Below are positions 46,175-56,064 of a stretch of DNA of 64,000 nucleotides, one piece after another. The position numbers and the translations under genes were made by a program. Source of the DNA: Methanobacteriota archaeon (GTDB taxonomy: Archaea > Thermoplasmatota > Thermoplasmata > SG8-5 > JACRNV01). Under the pieces are notes generated by a model, which was not told the origin of the DNA, did not search any database, and saw nothing but the letters and a program-made list of their open reading frames with translations. Position 1 is the stretch's first letter. Each line of letters starts with the position of its first letter. Where the stretch lies: contig JACRNV010000028.1 in the NCBI GenBank assembly GCA_016214785.1, positions 3,445-67,444 on the forward strand, read 5' to 3'.

Positions 46175-46279
46175 GGATGCACATATGAAACCGACCCGTT
46201 ATAAATCTTCCCCACAATCATCGAAGGCCATCCCCAGCAAAGCTCAACCTTTATATGGCCAATGATTTATGGGTTGGCC

Positions 46280-46681
46280 ATGGTAGAATACAGGGCCATC
46301 ATCGCGGACCCCAAATCGGGGAAATGCTACAACAAGGAGATAACCAGCAAGAACGCGAGCTCGCTCATCGGTAAGAAGATATCTGACAAGATCGACGGGA
46401 TTTTCGTCGAGATGCCGGGCTACAAGCTCGAGATAACCGGGGGCTCGGACAAGGAGGGCTTCCCGATGCGCCCGGAGCTGCCGGGCCCGCGCAGGCGCCC
46501 GGTGCTCGTGGCAGGAGGCGTCGGGTTCAACCCGCGCAGGAAGGGCGAGAGGCGCAAGAAGGCCTTCAGGGGGAACACGATATCCGGCGACATCGTCCAG
46601 CTCAACCTCAGGATAGTGCAGTACGGGCCGCGGCCGCCCGAGGACTTGCTGAGACCCAAGGAGGCCGAGGCCAAGAAATGA
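46280..46681 (+). CDS. rps6e: Ribosomal protein S6e.
   Basis: [21 protein letters not shown]...[44 protein letters not shown] matches S6e. The upstream in-frame ATG at 46262 was rejected in favour of the canonical N-terminus. TATA ctttatatgg lies about 33 nt upstream. Confidence 0.8.
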   Translation: MVEYRAIIADPKSGKCYNKEITSKNASSLIGKKISDKIDGIFVEMPGYKLEITGGSDKEGFPMRPELPGPRRRPVLVAGGVGFNPRRKGERRKKAFRGNTISGDIVQLNLRIVQYGPRPPEDLLRPKEAEAKK

Positions 46682-47910
46682 AGGTCCCCAGGCAGCCTGA
46701 GGTCAATATCGGGATGATAGGCCACGTGGACCATGGCAAGACCACTCTGACAAAGACAATCACTGGCGAATGGACCGACCGGCACTCCGAGGAGATCAAG
46801 CGCGGGATATCGATAAGGCTCGGCTACGCGGACGTGGCTTTCTACAAGTGCCCGGCATGCAACGTGCCCGAGGCCTATTCAACCAAGGACAAATGCCCGC
46901 ACTGCGGCGCAAAGACCGAGATACAGAGGGCCGTCTCTTTCGTGGACGCGCCCGGCCACGAGACCCTGATGGCGACGATGCTGTCTGGCGCGGCCATAAT
47001 GAACGGCGCGCTCCTGCTAATAGCGGCCAACGAGAAGTGCCCGCAGCCGCAGACGAAGGAGCATCTGATGGCCCTCACCATCAGCGACGTGAAGAACATC
47101 ATCATCGTTCAGAACAAGATCGACATCCTCACCGACGCGCAGGTCGAGGACAACCACAACCAGATCATCGAGTTCACGAAGGGCACCATCGCGGAGAACG
47201 CGCCGATAATACCTGTCTGCGCGCACCACGAGGCCAACATCGACGTCGTCCTAGAGATGATACAGGAAAGGATTCCGACCCCGCCGAGGGACCCGGCCAA
47301 GAGGACGAGGCTGTTCGTTGCGAGGTCGTTCGACGTGAACCCCCCAGGCACGGCTCCGGACAAGCTGCTCGGCGGCGTCATCGGCGGCACGCTCATCTCG
47401 GGCTCGATATCCGTCGGCGACGACATCGAGATCGCCCCCGGCAGGAAGGTCGAGGAGAAGGGGAAGACGATGTGGAAGCCAATAACGACCAAGGTGCGCT
47501 CCCTGTTCGCCGGAACGATGCCCCTCGAAAACGCCCACCCCGGCGGCCTCATCGCCATCGGGACGGGGCTCGACCCGTTCCTCACGAAGTCCGATTCGCT
47601 GATAGGGAACGTCGTGGGGAAGCCCGGCACGCTCCCTCCGGTGCTCTCGAAGTTCACCATGGAGACCCACCTGCTCGAACGGGTCGTGGGGCACACGAAG
47701 GAGATGGCCGTCGACAACCTGAAGAGCAACGAGCCGCTGATGCTCAGCGTCGGGACCGCGAAGACAGTGGGGCTCGTGACAAGCGCAAGGACCGGCTCCG
47801 CGGAAGTAGCCCTTAAAATGCCCGTCTGCGCGGAGAAGGGGCAGCGCGTGGCGGTGAGCAGGAAGATTTCCGGCATTTGGCGGCTCATCGGCTTCGGCGT
47901 GGTGAAGTAG
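46678..47910 (+). CDS. eif2g: Translation initiation factor aIF2 gamma subunit, 410 aa. Its ATG overlaps the rps6e stop.
   Basis: [10 protein letters not shown] is present. The zinc knuckle is [26 protein letters not shown] and NKID are present, followed by the C-terminal beta-barrel domains. Confidence 0.9.
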   Translation: MKVPRQPEVNIGMIGHVDHGKTTLTKTITGEWTDRHSEEIKRGISIRLGYADVAFYKCPACNVPEAYSTKDKCPHCGAKTEIQRAVSFVDAPGHETLMATMLSGAAIMNGALLLIAANEKCPQPQTKEHLMALTISDVKNIIIVQNKIDILTDAQVEDNHNQIIEFTKGTIAENAPIIPVCAHHEANIDVVLEMIQERIPTPPRDPAKRTRLFVARSFDVNPPGTAPDKLLGGVIGGTLISGSISVGDDIEIAPGRKVEEKGKTMWKPITTKVRSLFAGTMPLENAHPGGLIAIGTGLDPFLTKSDSLIGNVVGKPGTLPPVLSKFTMETHLLERVVGHTKEMAVDNLKSNEPLMLSVGTAKTVGLVTSARTGSAEVALKMPVCAEKGQRVAVSRKISGIWRLIGFGVVK

Positions 47911-47919
47911 GGGGATGCG

Positions 47920-48312
47920 ATGCGCGCCATCGTGGCTGACGCGAACGGCCTCCTGATGCCATTCCAGTTCAATTTCAACCTGCAGGCCGAGCTCCAGCGC
48001 GTCATGGGGGAGTGCGAGCTTCTCGTCCCGTCGTCGGTCATGTGGGAGATGCGCAAGCTCGCGGAGAGGATGCCCGAGGCCCGCACCGCGCTCTCGCTCG
48101 TCGAATCCCTGAAAGCCTCGAGGGGCGGCATACGCGCCAGGGTCGTGGAGACCACCCTCCCTGGCGACGAGGCCGTCCTCCACTTCTCGGTGCTTTACAG
48201 GGCGCCGGCGCTGACTTCGGACAAGGGGCTGATAGGCAAGCTGCAGGCGCACGGCATGCCGGTCATCAGGCTGAAGGCCGGGCGATACCTTGAGATATCG
48301 GGGGCGCTCTGA
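47920..48312 (+). CDS. Small PIN-domain protein (COG1412/Fcf1-like) in the conserved archaeal position downstream of eif2g.
   Basis: MRAIVADANGLLMPFQFNFNL has an N-terminal Asp in a PIN-like context. The protein is 130 aa. Gene order S6e-eIF2gamma-PIN is conserved in archaea. Confidence 0.5.
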   Translation: MRAIVADANGLLMPFQFNFNLQAELQRVMGECELLVPSSVMWEMRKLAERMPEARTALSLVESLKASRGGIRARVVETTLPGDEAVLHFSVLYRAPALTSDKGLIGKLQAHGMPVIRLKAGRYLEISGAL

Positions 48313-48998
48313 TGCCGCGGCTTGAGCCCAGGCTGCTCGCGGTGCTGAAGGAGCTGGCGCTCATGGGCGCGCTCGACGGCTGCGTCTCAATCCGCTCGGA
48401 AGAGCTGGGGAGGCGGATGGGAGTGAGCCAGCAGAGCGCCTCGTCGTACCTGTTAAAACTAGCGGAAGGCGGATATATATCGCGCCAGATGCGCGCCCGC
48501 GGCCAGTCCGTGAGGCTCGCGCCGAAGGGGAAGGGCGCTCTCGGCGCGGAGCACGAGGCGTACCGGCGCATATTCTCGGGGGCGGGTTCCCTGGAGATAG
48601 CCGGGCGCGTCGTCAGCGGCATGGGGGAGGGGCAGTACTACCTCTCCCGCGCACCATACAAGCGCCGGATGAGGGAGATCCTGGGGGCAGAGCCGTTCAA
48701 GGGGACGCTCAACCTCCGTATCTCGGGGCGGGACGGGGCCAAGGTGGAGATGCTGCGCTCGTCGGAAGGGGAGGCCGTCGCGGGGTTCGAGGAGGACGGC
48801 AGGACCTTCGGCGCCGTGAGATGCTTTCGCGCCGAGATTGGGGGCATCGCGGCGCTCGTGGTGATGCCCGTGCGCTCCCATTATTCCGACGTGCTCGAGG
48901 TCGTGGCTGCTGTGCACCTCAGGGCCGCGCTGGGGCTCAGGGACGATGACGAAGTCTCCCTCAAGGTGATTCTGCCAGGGCTGTCGGATAAAGAATAA
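48312..48998 (+). CDS. ribK: Winged-helix DNA-binding domain fused to CTP-dependent riboflavin kinase (archaeal RibK, COG1339). Its start overlaps the upstream stop (TGATG).
   Basis: The N-terminal wHTH is LLAVLKELALMGALDGCVSIRSEELGRRMGVSQQSASSYLLKLAEGGYI. The RibK core is GRVVSGMGEGQYYLSRAPYKRRMREILGAEPFKGTLNLRI. Confidence 0.7.
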   Translation: MPRLEPRLLAVLKELALMGALDGCVSIRSEELGRRMGVSQQSASSYLLKLAEGGYISRQMRARGQSVRLAPKGKGALGAEHEAYRRIFSGAGSLEIAGRVVSGMGEGQYYLSRAPYKRRMREILGAEPFKGTLNLRISGRDGAKVEMLRSSEGEAVAGFEEDGRTFGAVRCFRAEIGGIAALVVMPVRSHYSDVLEVVAAVHLRAALGLRDDDEVSLKVILPGLSDKE

Positions 48999-49050
48999 TA
49001 ACGGACAAAGGATAAATAGAGGCCTGGCGATAGAGTATCAGGTGTGTCAA

Positions 49051-51300
49051 ATGGCGCATTGCCAATTCTGCGGGACGTGGAGCGAGACCGGATACTGCCC
49101 GAACTGCGGGGCGCCTATGCCTGCCGCGCAGCAGCCAGCCTACCAGCCATCGCCGACGTACCAGCAGCCGTCCCAGCCGCCGCCGGTTTACCTGCAGCAG
49201 CCTTACTATCCGCCGCAAGGACCGGCCCAGGCGCTGCATACGCCGCCCCCTCAGAAACCGGGGCCGAGCATGAAGCTCTTCGCCATCATCATCGTCGCCG
49301 TGGTCGTCATAGCCGCGGTCGGCGGGGCCATCCTCTTCTTCATAATCCTAAAGTCGCCGATCTTCAACCCGTTCGGGAACGCGCAGGAGATTTCCAAGGG
49401 CTCCGTGATCGAGAAGAGCTTCGACCAGAGCGGCGCCGACCACTTCTACAAGATCAAGCTCCAGCCCGGCGACCTGCTGTCCGCCACGCTGACCGGCGCG
49501 GCCGGCACAGATTACGACCTTTACGTTTACAGGTACACGCTCTTCACAGATAGCGACATCATCGGCAGCAGCCAGAACCAGAGCAGCACGGAGAGCGTGA
49601 ACGTCGTCGCGTGGGAGAGCGCATACTACGTCGTCGACGTGTATTCTTACAGCGGCACGGGCGGCTACAGGCTCTCCGTGGACGTGCCAAAAACCGTATC
49701 TATCGATGATGGGAACAATGACAGGGACAGCGCCGCTCCCGTCTCCAGCGGCCAGACAATCAGCCAGGAGGCCAACGAATACTACGACCAGGACGACTAC
49801 TTCAAGGTGCAGGCGGGCGCGAACGGCGTCGTCAGCGCGCTCCTGAAGGTCCCGCAGGGCTCGGACTTCGACCTCTACCTTTATGACAGCGGCGGCTCGA
49901 AGCTCGCAGCCTCTGAGAATTACTACGGCAACGACGAGGTCAAGACGCAGGTTTCCTCGGCGGGATCCTATTACTTGAAGGTGCACGCGTACAAGGGCAT
50001 CGGCTCGTACATGCTCACTGTGACAGTGGGCGATTCGACGCCGACCGACAGCGACAACAGCCTCTCCGCGGCCACTTCGCTGGCGCCGCCGAAGACGGTC
50101 ACGAGCACGCTCGACGAGTTCTCCGACCCGGACGATTATTACTCGCTCCCGCTACAGTCGGGGCAGACGCTCAGCGCGTCCCTCTCTGGGCCGGCCAGCG
50201 CGGACTTCGACCTCTGGCTCTACGATAGCGGTGGCAACGCCCTGAAGGATTATTCCTCCGCCGGCTACAGTTCGACGGAGCAGATAACCTTCCCAGTGAC
50301 CACGGCAGGCACCTATTACGTCAACCCTTACGCATACTCCGGCTCCGGGACGTACTCGCTCTCCGTCTCGACCTCCGGCTCCTCCGGCGGCCCTGTGGCC
50401 AACGCAGGCGGCGACAAGGAGGGGGAGGCGGGCGCGACCATCTCATTTGACGGCTCGCGGTCCGTGGGCACGGGCCTCACGTACTCCTGGGAATTCGGGG
50501 ACAGCCAGAGCGGGACGGGAGCGACCGCGACGCACTCGTACACTGCGGCGGGCACATATGCTGTGAAGCTTACAGTAACGGACTCGCAATCGAGGACGGA
50601 CGTGGACTCGGCGACGGTCAAGGTCTTCGCCGCAGGGGCGAGGCCGAACAAGTACGCCGTCGTCGTGGGGATATCCGACTACCAGACCATCAACGACCTC
50701 AGCTACTGCCACCTCGACGCGCAGTCGTGGAAGGGCTACCTCGAGAACAAGGGCTACACGGTCCACCTGCTCATCGACTCGCAAGGCACGGAAGCGGGCA
50801 TCATGTCAGAGATAGAATGGATGAAGGGCCAGGAGACCCCGACGAGCTACTGCGCCTTCGTCTTCTCGGGGCATGGCGGGCTCGACACGCACAAGAGAGA
50901 GTCCTACCTTGACACCTACGAGATAAGCAGTGGCGGGAGCGGCTTCCTCTACGACAGCGAGCTGGCCGCGGCCTTCCAGGGCTTCGAGAGCAAGCACATC
51001 TTCATCTTCTTCGACAGCTGCCACAGCGGCGGCATGGACTCGTCGGCGGGCGAGGGCAGGTACCTCTCGGAGACGTGCAGCAAGGAGACGTTCGGGCTGG
51101 ACATATCGAGATATAGCCACGGCCTCTGGACGTACTGGTTCCTGGAATGGGGCCTGAAGAGCCAGGGATACGAGGACCTGAGGACATGCTTCAGCGAGGC
51201 CTCCAAGAAGGTCGCAGCGGATCCGAGCGCCCAATACACCGAGGGCGGGCGCATGACCCCCGAGCAGGAGTACGGCGGCTCGGTGCCGTTCTACCTCTGA
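49051..51300 (+). CDS. Membrane-anchored orthocaspase / metacaspase-like protein (peptidase C14). It has an N-terminal zinc ribbon, a P/Q-rich linker, one TM helix, three pre-peptidase C-terminal (PPC) domains, one PKD domain and a C-terminal caspase-like catalytic domain with the His-Cys dyad.
   Basis: The zinc ribbon is CQFCGTW...CPNCG and the TM helix is LFAIIIVAVVVIAAVGGAILFFIIL. The three PPC domains share the D.YKI/YKV...DLYVY/DLYLY/DLWLYD...GSY.L.V pattern. The PKD domain is ISFDGSRSVGTGLTYSWEFGDSQSGTGATATHSYTAAGTYAVKLTVTD. The caspase region is YAVVVGISDYQ...FVFSGHGG...IFFDSCHSGG. The RBS aggtg is 7 nt upstream of the ATG at 49051, and the ORF track's GTG at 49042 is the alternative start. 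Confidence 0.7.
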   Translation: MAHCQFCGTWSETGYCPNCGAPMPAAQQPAYQPSPTYQQPSQPPPVYLQQPYYPPQGPAQALHTPPPQKPGPSMKLFAIIIVAVVVIAAVGGAILFFIILKSPIFNPFGNAQEISKGSVIEKSFDQSGADHFYKIKLQPGDLLSATLTGAAGTDYDLYVYRYTLFTDSDIIGSSQNQSSTESVNVVAWESAYYVVDVYSYSGTGGYRLSVDVPKTVSIDDGNNDRDSAAPVSSGQTISQEANEYYDQDDYFKVQAGANGVVSALLKVPQGSDFDLYLYDSGGSKLAASENYYGNDEVKTQVSSAGSYYLKVHAYKGIGSYMLTVTVGDSTPTDSDNSLSAATSLAPPKTVTSTLDEFSDPDDYYSLPLQSGQTLSASLSGPASADFDLWLYDSGGNALKDYSSAGYSSTEQITFPVTTAGTYYVNPYAYSGSGTYSLSVSTSGSSGGPVANAGGDKEGEAGATISFDGSRSVGTGLTYSWEFGDSQSGTGATATHSYTAAGTYAVKLTVTDSQSRTDVDSATVKVFAAGARPNKYAVVVGISDYQTINDLSYCHLDAQSWKGYLENKGYTVHLLIDSQGTEAGIMSEIEWMKGQETPTSYCAFVFSGHGGLDTHKRESYLDTYEISSGGSGFLYDSELAAAFQGFESKHIFIFFDSCHSGGMDSSAGEGRYLSETCSKETFGLDISRYSHGLWTYWFLEWGLKSQGYEDLRTCFSEASKKVAADPSAQYTEGGRMTPEQEYGGSVPFYL

Positions 51301-51319
51301 GCACGCGGTGGAAATCCAC

Positions 51320-52114
51320 ATGGCAGTTCGCGGCAAGACAGAGAAGGCCAACCGCCTCTACGACGACCTCTCGTGGCTGTGGCCATTATGGGGGACGGTC
51401 GATGAATACAAACGGGAGAGCGAACTGTTCGCCAGGCTTGTCAAGAGACATTCGGGGATCCCAGTAAGGACACTGCTGGACATCACCTGCGGCGGAGGCA
51501 AGAACGATTTCCACTTCAAGAGATGGTTCGAAGTGACTGGGCTCGACATCAGCAAGAAGATGCTGGCGCTGGCCCGAAAGCTGAATCCTGAGTGCGCGTA
51601 CGTCCTGGGAGACATGAGGGGCTTCGACCTGGGAAAGCAGTTCGATTCCGTCCTCATGAACGACGGCATCGTATACATGGCGAGCGAGGAGGACCTGATT
51701 GCAGCGTTCCGGAGCGCTTTCAGGCACTTGCGAACCGGAGGCGTCCTGCTCGCCTACGTCGAGGCTTGGAAGGAAACTTTCCACCGCGACCAGAAGGGGC
51801 GGAAGCGCGGACGCGCGCCCGCGCCGTACAGCTGGCACAACGCGACGCGCGTCTCGGCGGGCGAATCGGGGAGCACTATAATCACGTTCGTGGAGCACGA
51901 CTACGATCCCGACAGGTCGGACGACAGCTACGAATCGGCGCACGTTTACCTAATCAGGAAGGGCGGAGAGCTGAGGATTGAAGCCGATGTCCATACGCTA
52001 GGCCTCTTCTCCATCCGTTTCTGGAGAAGGGCATTGAAGATGGCGGGGTTCGAGATTGTAGAGGAAGATACATTCGAGGACGGGCTCCCCATCTTCGTGT
52101 GCAGGAAGCCCTGA
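51320..52114 (+). CDS. Class I SAM-dependent methyltransferase, 264 aa, lying 19 nt downstream of the orthocaspase gene.
   Basis: Motif I is LLDITCGGGKND, with an acidic residue after beta-2 (GLDISKKM) and VLMNDGIVYMA. Confidence 0.65.
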   Translation: MAVRGKTEKANRLYDDLSWLWPLWGTVDEYKRESELFARLVKRHSGIPVRTLLDITCGGGKNDFHFKRWFEVTGLDISKKMLALARKLNPECAYVLGDMRGFDLGKQFDSVLMNDGIVYMASEEDLIAAFRSAFRHLRTGGVLLAYVEAWKETFHRDQKGRKRGRAPAPYSWHNATRVSAGESGSTIITFVEHDYDPDRSDDSYESAHVYLIRKGGELRIEADVHTLGLFSIRFWRRALKMAGFEIVEEDTFEDGLPIFVCRKP

Positions 52115-52355
52115 GTGGATTGCTGTCCACCTATAGCCGTTGATGTTGGACGCATCCTTCTAATTTTACTGAAAAATAAAATCATCGGTGCAGTACGAGA
52201 TATGGACAGTCAGCCATTCTATGTCCCTGCAATCGAGGGCGCAGCAGTACGCGCGCATCGGAGCGGTTTGATAACAATTGTGGTGGAATAATTGGTAGGA
52301 ATTCTTGGGTTGTGCAGGAAGGCGAGCGTGATGTCCTTGGTTGGGATGTGCGGTG

Positions 52356-52943
52356 CTACGTTTTATCCTTCTCAACCATGTGATCGACTAGGCGCGTTAT
52401 CTGCTTGGTGAGTTCCTTAATGTCGCTTTCCATCGTGTTTACTTTTTGCCCGATTGCGTCATAGCGGGTCAGCGCACCGCCCAGTTGATTGCTTATGTTG
52501 TCCAGCTTGGCGTTCATTCCGTCTTGTTTTTCGGTCATGATCCCGATGCCGGACTTAGTGCCACCAAGCAATAAGATTCCGACCTCCGAGCGGGTGAGGG
52601 TCGCTTTCTGAAATGGGTCTATTTCCATTCCGTAATCTATCTTAAAGACCTTGAAGTCGGTCTTGGGGTCGCCATACTCCTTCGAGCCTTCCTCGTAGAT
52701 TTTTATGGATTCCACATTCAGTATGAACATGTCCTCGGTGGATGATTTCTTCTCGATGTTTTTGCAGAACTTCGTCACTATTTCCTTGTTCGCGCACTCG
52801 CAATAGACCTCGACGTTGCCGTCCTCCAGATTTCTGACAATCCCGTTCACCTTCATCTTGTTGGCTACTTTTCGTATTAGCGTTCTGTAGCCAACGTCCT
52901 GAACGTTGCCGGATATTACGAGGCGGGCGCGTACTGCCATCAA
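52356..52943 (-). CDS. Acylphosphatase-like domain protein with a C-terminal coiled-coil extension, 195 aa. It sits in an AT-rich islet.
   Basis: The N-terminus VRARLVISGNVQDVGYRTLIRKVANKMKVNGIVRNLEDGNVEVYCE matches the acylphosphatase fold signature (V.G.VQGV.FR...A...G..G.V.N..DG.VE). The C-terminal 90 aa are heptad-rich. Confidence 0.5.
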   Translation of the reverse strand: MMAVRARLVISGNVQDVGYRTLIRKVANKMKVNGIVRNLEDGNVEVYCECANKEIVTKFCKNIEKKSSTEDMFILNVESIKIYEEGSKEYGDPKTDFKVFKIDYGMEIDPFQKATLTRSEVGILLLGGTKSGIGIMTEKQDGMNAKLDNISNQLGGALTRYDAIGQKVNTMESDIKELTKQITRLVDHMVEKDKT

Positions 52944-53162
52944 TGCACCATATCCTCATTCTCACAGAGATATATAAACATGCCGCCAACGGATATGCTC
53001 GTAACCAGCCTCCTGAAAACCGTAAAAAGCGGCTTCGTGAATTACAACCTCAGCCTTCTTTTTAGGGTTTTTGGCCTTCGGCCCTGTTTCTATCCCGTTC
53101 TCAATTTCAACAATTCCGCTACCGGGACTCGCCATTTCCTCCCGACATACATCGGTGAGTAA

Positions 53163-53363
53163 ATGGCTACGCCCAACTCATGCAGCCGCCCAGAGGTTGC
53201 ACAGGAGGATTCTGGGGAGTTCGAACGCATCATAGGCCAGATGATACTGAGCCTGTCAGATGAAGTATGCCCAATAACGGGGTTCATAATCTGCGTCGAT
53301 CCCGACGAGTGCCCGGGCTGCAAGCCTATCATGGAAGAGATGCTCAGGAGCGCGCTCGAATGA
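53163..53363 (+). CDS. Small Cys-rich protein of 66 aa (C..C......CPGC cluster). It is the first gene of an overlapping two-gene pair in the AT-rich islet.
   Basis: GGTGAG RBS sits about 5 nt upstream of the ATG. The C-terminus is VCPITGFIICVDPDECPGCKP. Its stop overlaps the next ATG (gaATGAag). Confidence 0.35.
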   Translation: MATPNSCSRPEVAQEDSGEFERIIGQMILSLSDEVCPITGFIICVDPDECPGCKPIMEEMLRSALE

Positions 53364-53599
53364 AGCGAATCATCGACCACAGGGGATACAGGCAGCGCGG
53401 ACTGATATATCTTCCGCAGCACGTCAACACGCTCAAGGCGCACCCGCACGAGACTTTGGATCACTGGCTCGCGAAGGCGCTCGTATTCAGAATCCTGCGC
53501 GAGATGAACCACGAAGTCGTTACAGAGTTCGAGATAACGGGCATGGGCGTAGGCGACATCTTCGACCTTACGACATCAGTCCAATATCAACAAATATGA
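53360..53599 (+). CDS. Small hypothetical protein of 79 aa (MKRIIDHRGYRQRGLIYLPQHVNTLKAHPHETLDHWLAKALVFRILREMNHEVVTEFEITGMGVGDIFDL...). It is translationally coupled to the preceding small ORF.
   Basis: ATGA overlap. There is no recognised family. The longer in-frame version from 53267 was rejected as a read-through. Confidence 0.3.
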   Translation: MKRIIDHRGYRQRGLIYLPQHVNTLKAHPHETLDHWLAKALVFRILREMNHEVVTEFEITGMGVGDIFDLTTSVQYQQI

Positions 53600-53641
53600 G
53601 AATATACAGTTTAAATATAGGAATATGAAGCCCTGAGAGCC

Positions 53642-55021
53642 TTATTTTATGATGTATGTCTTCGGCGCCGAGTACTCCATCAGCCCCGCCATCCCCAGCT
53701 CCCTTCCCAACCCGCTACCCTTGAAGCCGCCGAAGGGCGCGGCGTTGTCGAGGGCCATGTGCGCGTTCACCCACGCGACGCCCGCGTCGAGCCGCTCGGC
53801 GATGCCAAGCGCCCTCTTCCTGTCCTCCGACCAGACCGACGCGCCGAGCGCAAGGCCGCAGTCGTTTGCCATCTCTACCGCGTCGTCGGCCTTGCCGAAC
53901 GGGATTATCGGAAGCGCCGGCCCGAACTGCTCCTCCTGGACAAGCGAGGCGTCGTTGCCGAGCCCTGTGACTATGGCCGGGTCGTAGAAGAGGCCGTGCG
54001 CGAGCGCGCCTCCGGGCCTCCTGCCGCCTCGCACGGTTTTTCCGCCATCCTTCTGCGCCATCGAGACGAGCCGCGAGACCTTCCGCAGCTGCGCCCCGTT
54101 GTTGACCGGCCCCATGTCCGTGGCCTCGTCCATGCCGTTCCCGAGCCGCAGGGCGTCCGCGCGCCCTGCGAACCTCCTGACGACTTCGTCGTAAATTTTC
54201 TCGTGGACGTAGAGGCGTTTCACCGCAATGCAGACCTGCCCGGCGTTCCTGAAGGCCGACCAGAAGAGGCTCTCGAACCTCTTGCTTAGGTCGGCATCGG
54301 GCATTACGATGGCCGGGTCGTTGCCGCCGAGCTCGAGTGTGACGCGCGCCATCCTGCCGGCGGCCTGGCGCAGGAGCTTCGGCCCCGTGGCCGCCGAGCC
54401 TGTGAGCGAGACCATGGCGACCTTGCGATGGGAGGACAGTGCCTCTCCCACCGAATCTCCCCCGCAAATTATCTGAACGGCTCCGTTCGGCAAATGGTTG
54501 GCAACAATCTTCGTCGCGAGCAAATTCGTCAGCGGAGTGTATTCCGAGGGTTTGACGATGGCTGCGTTGCCCGCGAGGAGCGCGGGCGCGAGCTTCCAGC
54601 TCATCACGAGCAGCGGGTAGTTCCACGGAAGTATGAGCGCGGCAACGCCAAGTGGTTGATGGGTGTAGAACGTGACGTTCTCTCCCTCCTCGCGCGCCAC
54701 CGTGCGCCCGTCGAACTCGATTGCAGAATAATATCTCAGCACTCCAATCGAGCCAGCGACCTCGCCGCGCGCCTCCTTCAACGGTTTTCCCACTTCGTCG
54801 ACGAGCGAGCGCGCGAGCGCGTCCCCCTCCGCCTCGAAGGCGTCGGCGATTTTGGACAGCGCCTTGCCGCGCTCGCGCATCGGGACGGACGACCAGCATT
54901 CGAAGCCGCCCCCCGCGGCGTCGACGGCGCGCTTGACGTCCTCCGGGGACGCGATCGGCGCCTCGCCGACCTTCCGCCTCCGGTCGGCGGGGTTGAGGAT
55001 TACGAGCCTACCCTGTGGCAT
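53642..55021 (-). CDS. NAD(P)-dependent aldehyde dehydrogenase, 459 aa.
   Basis: ALDH motifs are LELGGNDP (catalytic Glu region), the Cys region GQVCIAVKRLYV, the NAD-binding GSAATG and EEQFGP. Confidence 0.85.
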   Translation of the reverse strand: MPQGRLVILNPADRRRKVGEAPIASPEDVKRAVDAAGGGFECWSSVPMRERGKALSKIADAFEAEGDALARSLVDEVGKPLKEARGEVAGSIGVLRYYSAIEFDGRTVAREEGENVTFYTHQPLGVAALILPWNYPLLVMSWKLAPALLAGNAAIVKPSEYTPLTNLLATKIVANHLPNGAVQIICGGDSVGEALSSHRKVAMVSLTGSAATGPKLLRQAAGRMARVTLELGGNDPAIVMPDADLSKRFESLFWSAFRNAGQVCIAVKRLYVHEKIYDEVVRRFAGRADALRLGNGMDEATDMGPVNNGAQLRKVSRLVSMAQKDGGKTVRGGRRPGGALAHGLFYDPAIVTGLGNDASLVQEEQFGPALPIIPFGKADDAVEMANDCGLALGASVWSEDRKRALGIAERLDAGVAWVNAHMALDNAAPFGGFKGSGLGRELGMAGLMEYSAPKTYIIK

Positions 55022-55134
55022 CGAGCGATGATGATTGCCGGGGATTAAAAGGTATCAGGAGGTGGGACGTAAGCTAGGGCGCGAGCCCACCAAAGATTTT
55101 TAGTCTATGCGGCAATATACGCTTCCCGATAGAC

Positions 55135-56064
55135 ATGAACTTCAGGGGCCGGGACGTGGTGTCCATCCGGGAATTCTCGAGGCAGGAGATCGAGCGCGTC
55201 CTTCACGTGGCGAGGGACATGCTGCCCGTCGCCGAGCGCAGGAAGCGGAGCAATATGCTCGACGGCTACGTCCTGTCGACCTTCTTCTACGAGCCGAGCA
55301 CGCGCACGCGCCTGTCCTTCCAGAGCGCCATCTGCAGGCTCGGCGGCAGGTACATCGGCTTTGCCGACCCGGCCGTGACTTCGATGAAGAAGGGCGAGAC
55401 GCTGGCCGACACCGTGAAGATGGCCGAGGCATACTCCGACGCGATGGTCCTCAGGCACCCGCACGAGGGCGCGGCCAGGCTCGCGGCCGAGTTCTGCTCC
55501 AAGCCGGTGATCAACGCCGGCGACGGAGCGGGCCAGCACCCGACGCAGACGATGCTCGACCTCTTCACCATCAAAGAGGAGCTAGGCTCCATCGACGGCA
55601 AGACCGTGGCCATGGTCGGCGACCTCAAGTACGGCAGGACGGTACACTCGCTCTCGTACGCGCTTGCAATGTTCGGCGCGGAGCTCATCTTCGTATCCCC
55701 GAGGGAGCTGCAGATGCCCAAGGACATAGTCGAGTCGCTGTCCGAGCAGGGGGCGAAGCTCAAGAGCACGACGAGGCTCGACGAGGCCGTCAAGGAAGCG
55801 GACGCCGTCTACGTCACGCGCATCCAGAAGGAGCGGTTCCCGGACCCGAACGAGTACCAGAAGGTCGCCGGCATCTACCAGATAAACGCCGCGCTTCTCA
55901 AGGACGCTCCGGAGGATCTCATAGTCATGCACCCCCTGCCGAGGGTGACTGAGATATCCCCCGAGGTCGATCCCACGAAGCACGCGCTATACTTCAAGCA
56001 GGCTTTCTACGGGGTCCCGGTGAGAATGGCGCTGCTGGCCTTGGTCCTGGGGGAGGTGGAATAG
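55135..56064 (+). CDS. pyrB: Aspartate carbamoyltransferase catalytic subunit.
   Basis: STRTR, HPTQ and HPLP motifs are present (YEPSTRTRLSF; GQHPTQTMLD; MHPLPRV). Confidence 0.9.
   Translation: MNFRGRDVVSIREFSRQEIERVLHVARDMLPVAERRKRSNMLDGYVLSTFFYEPSTRTRLSFQSAICRLGGRYIGFADPAVTSMKKGETLADTVKMAEAYSDAMVLRHPHEGAARLAAEFCSKPVINAGDGAGQHPTQTMLDLFTIKEELGSIDGKTVAMVGDLKYGRTVHSLSYALAMFGAELIFVSPRELQMPKDIVESLSEQGAKLKSTTRLDEAVKEADAVYVTRIQKERFPDPNEYQKVAGIYQINAALLKDAPEDLIVMHPLPRVTEISPEVDPTKHALYFKQAFYGVPVRMALLALVLGEVE

Noticed and set aside
46262-46279. Upstream ATG for rps6e (MIYGLAM...).
   Set aside because: The S6e family N-terminus aligns with [15 protein letters not shown], and the TATA spacing fits the second ATG.
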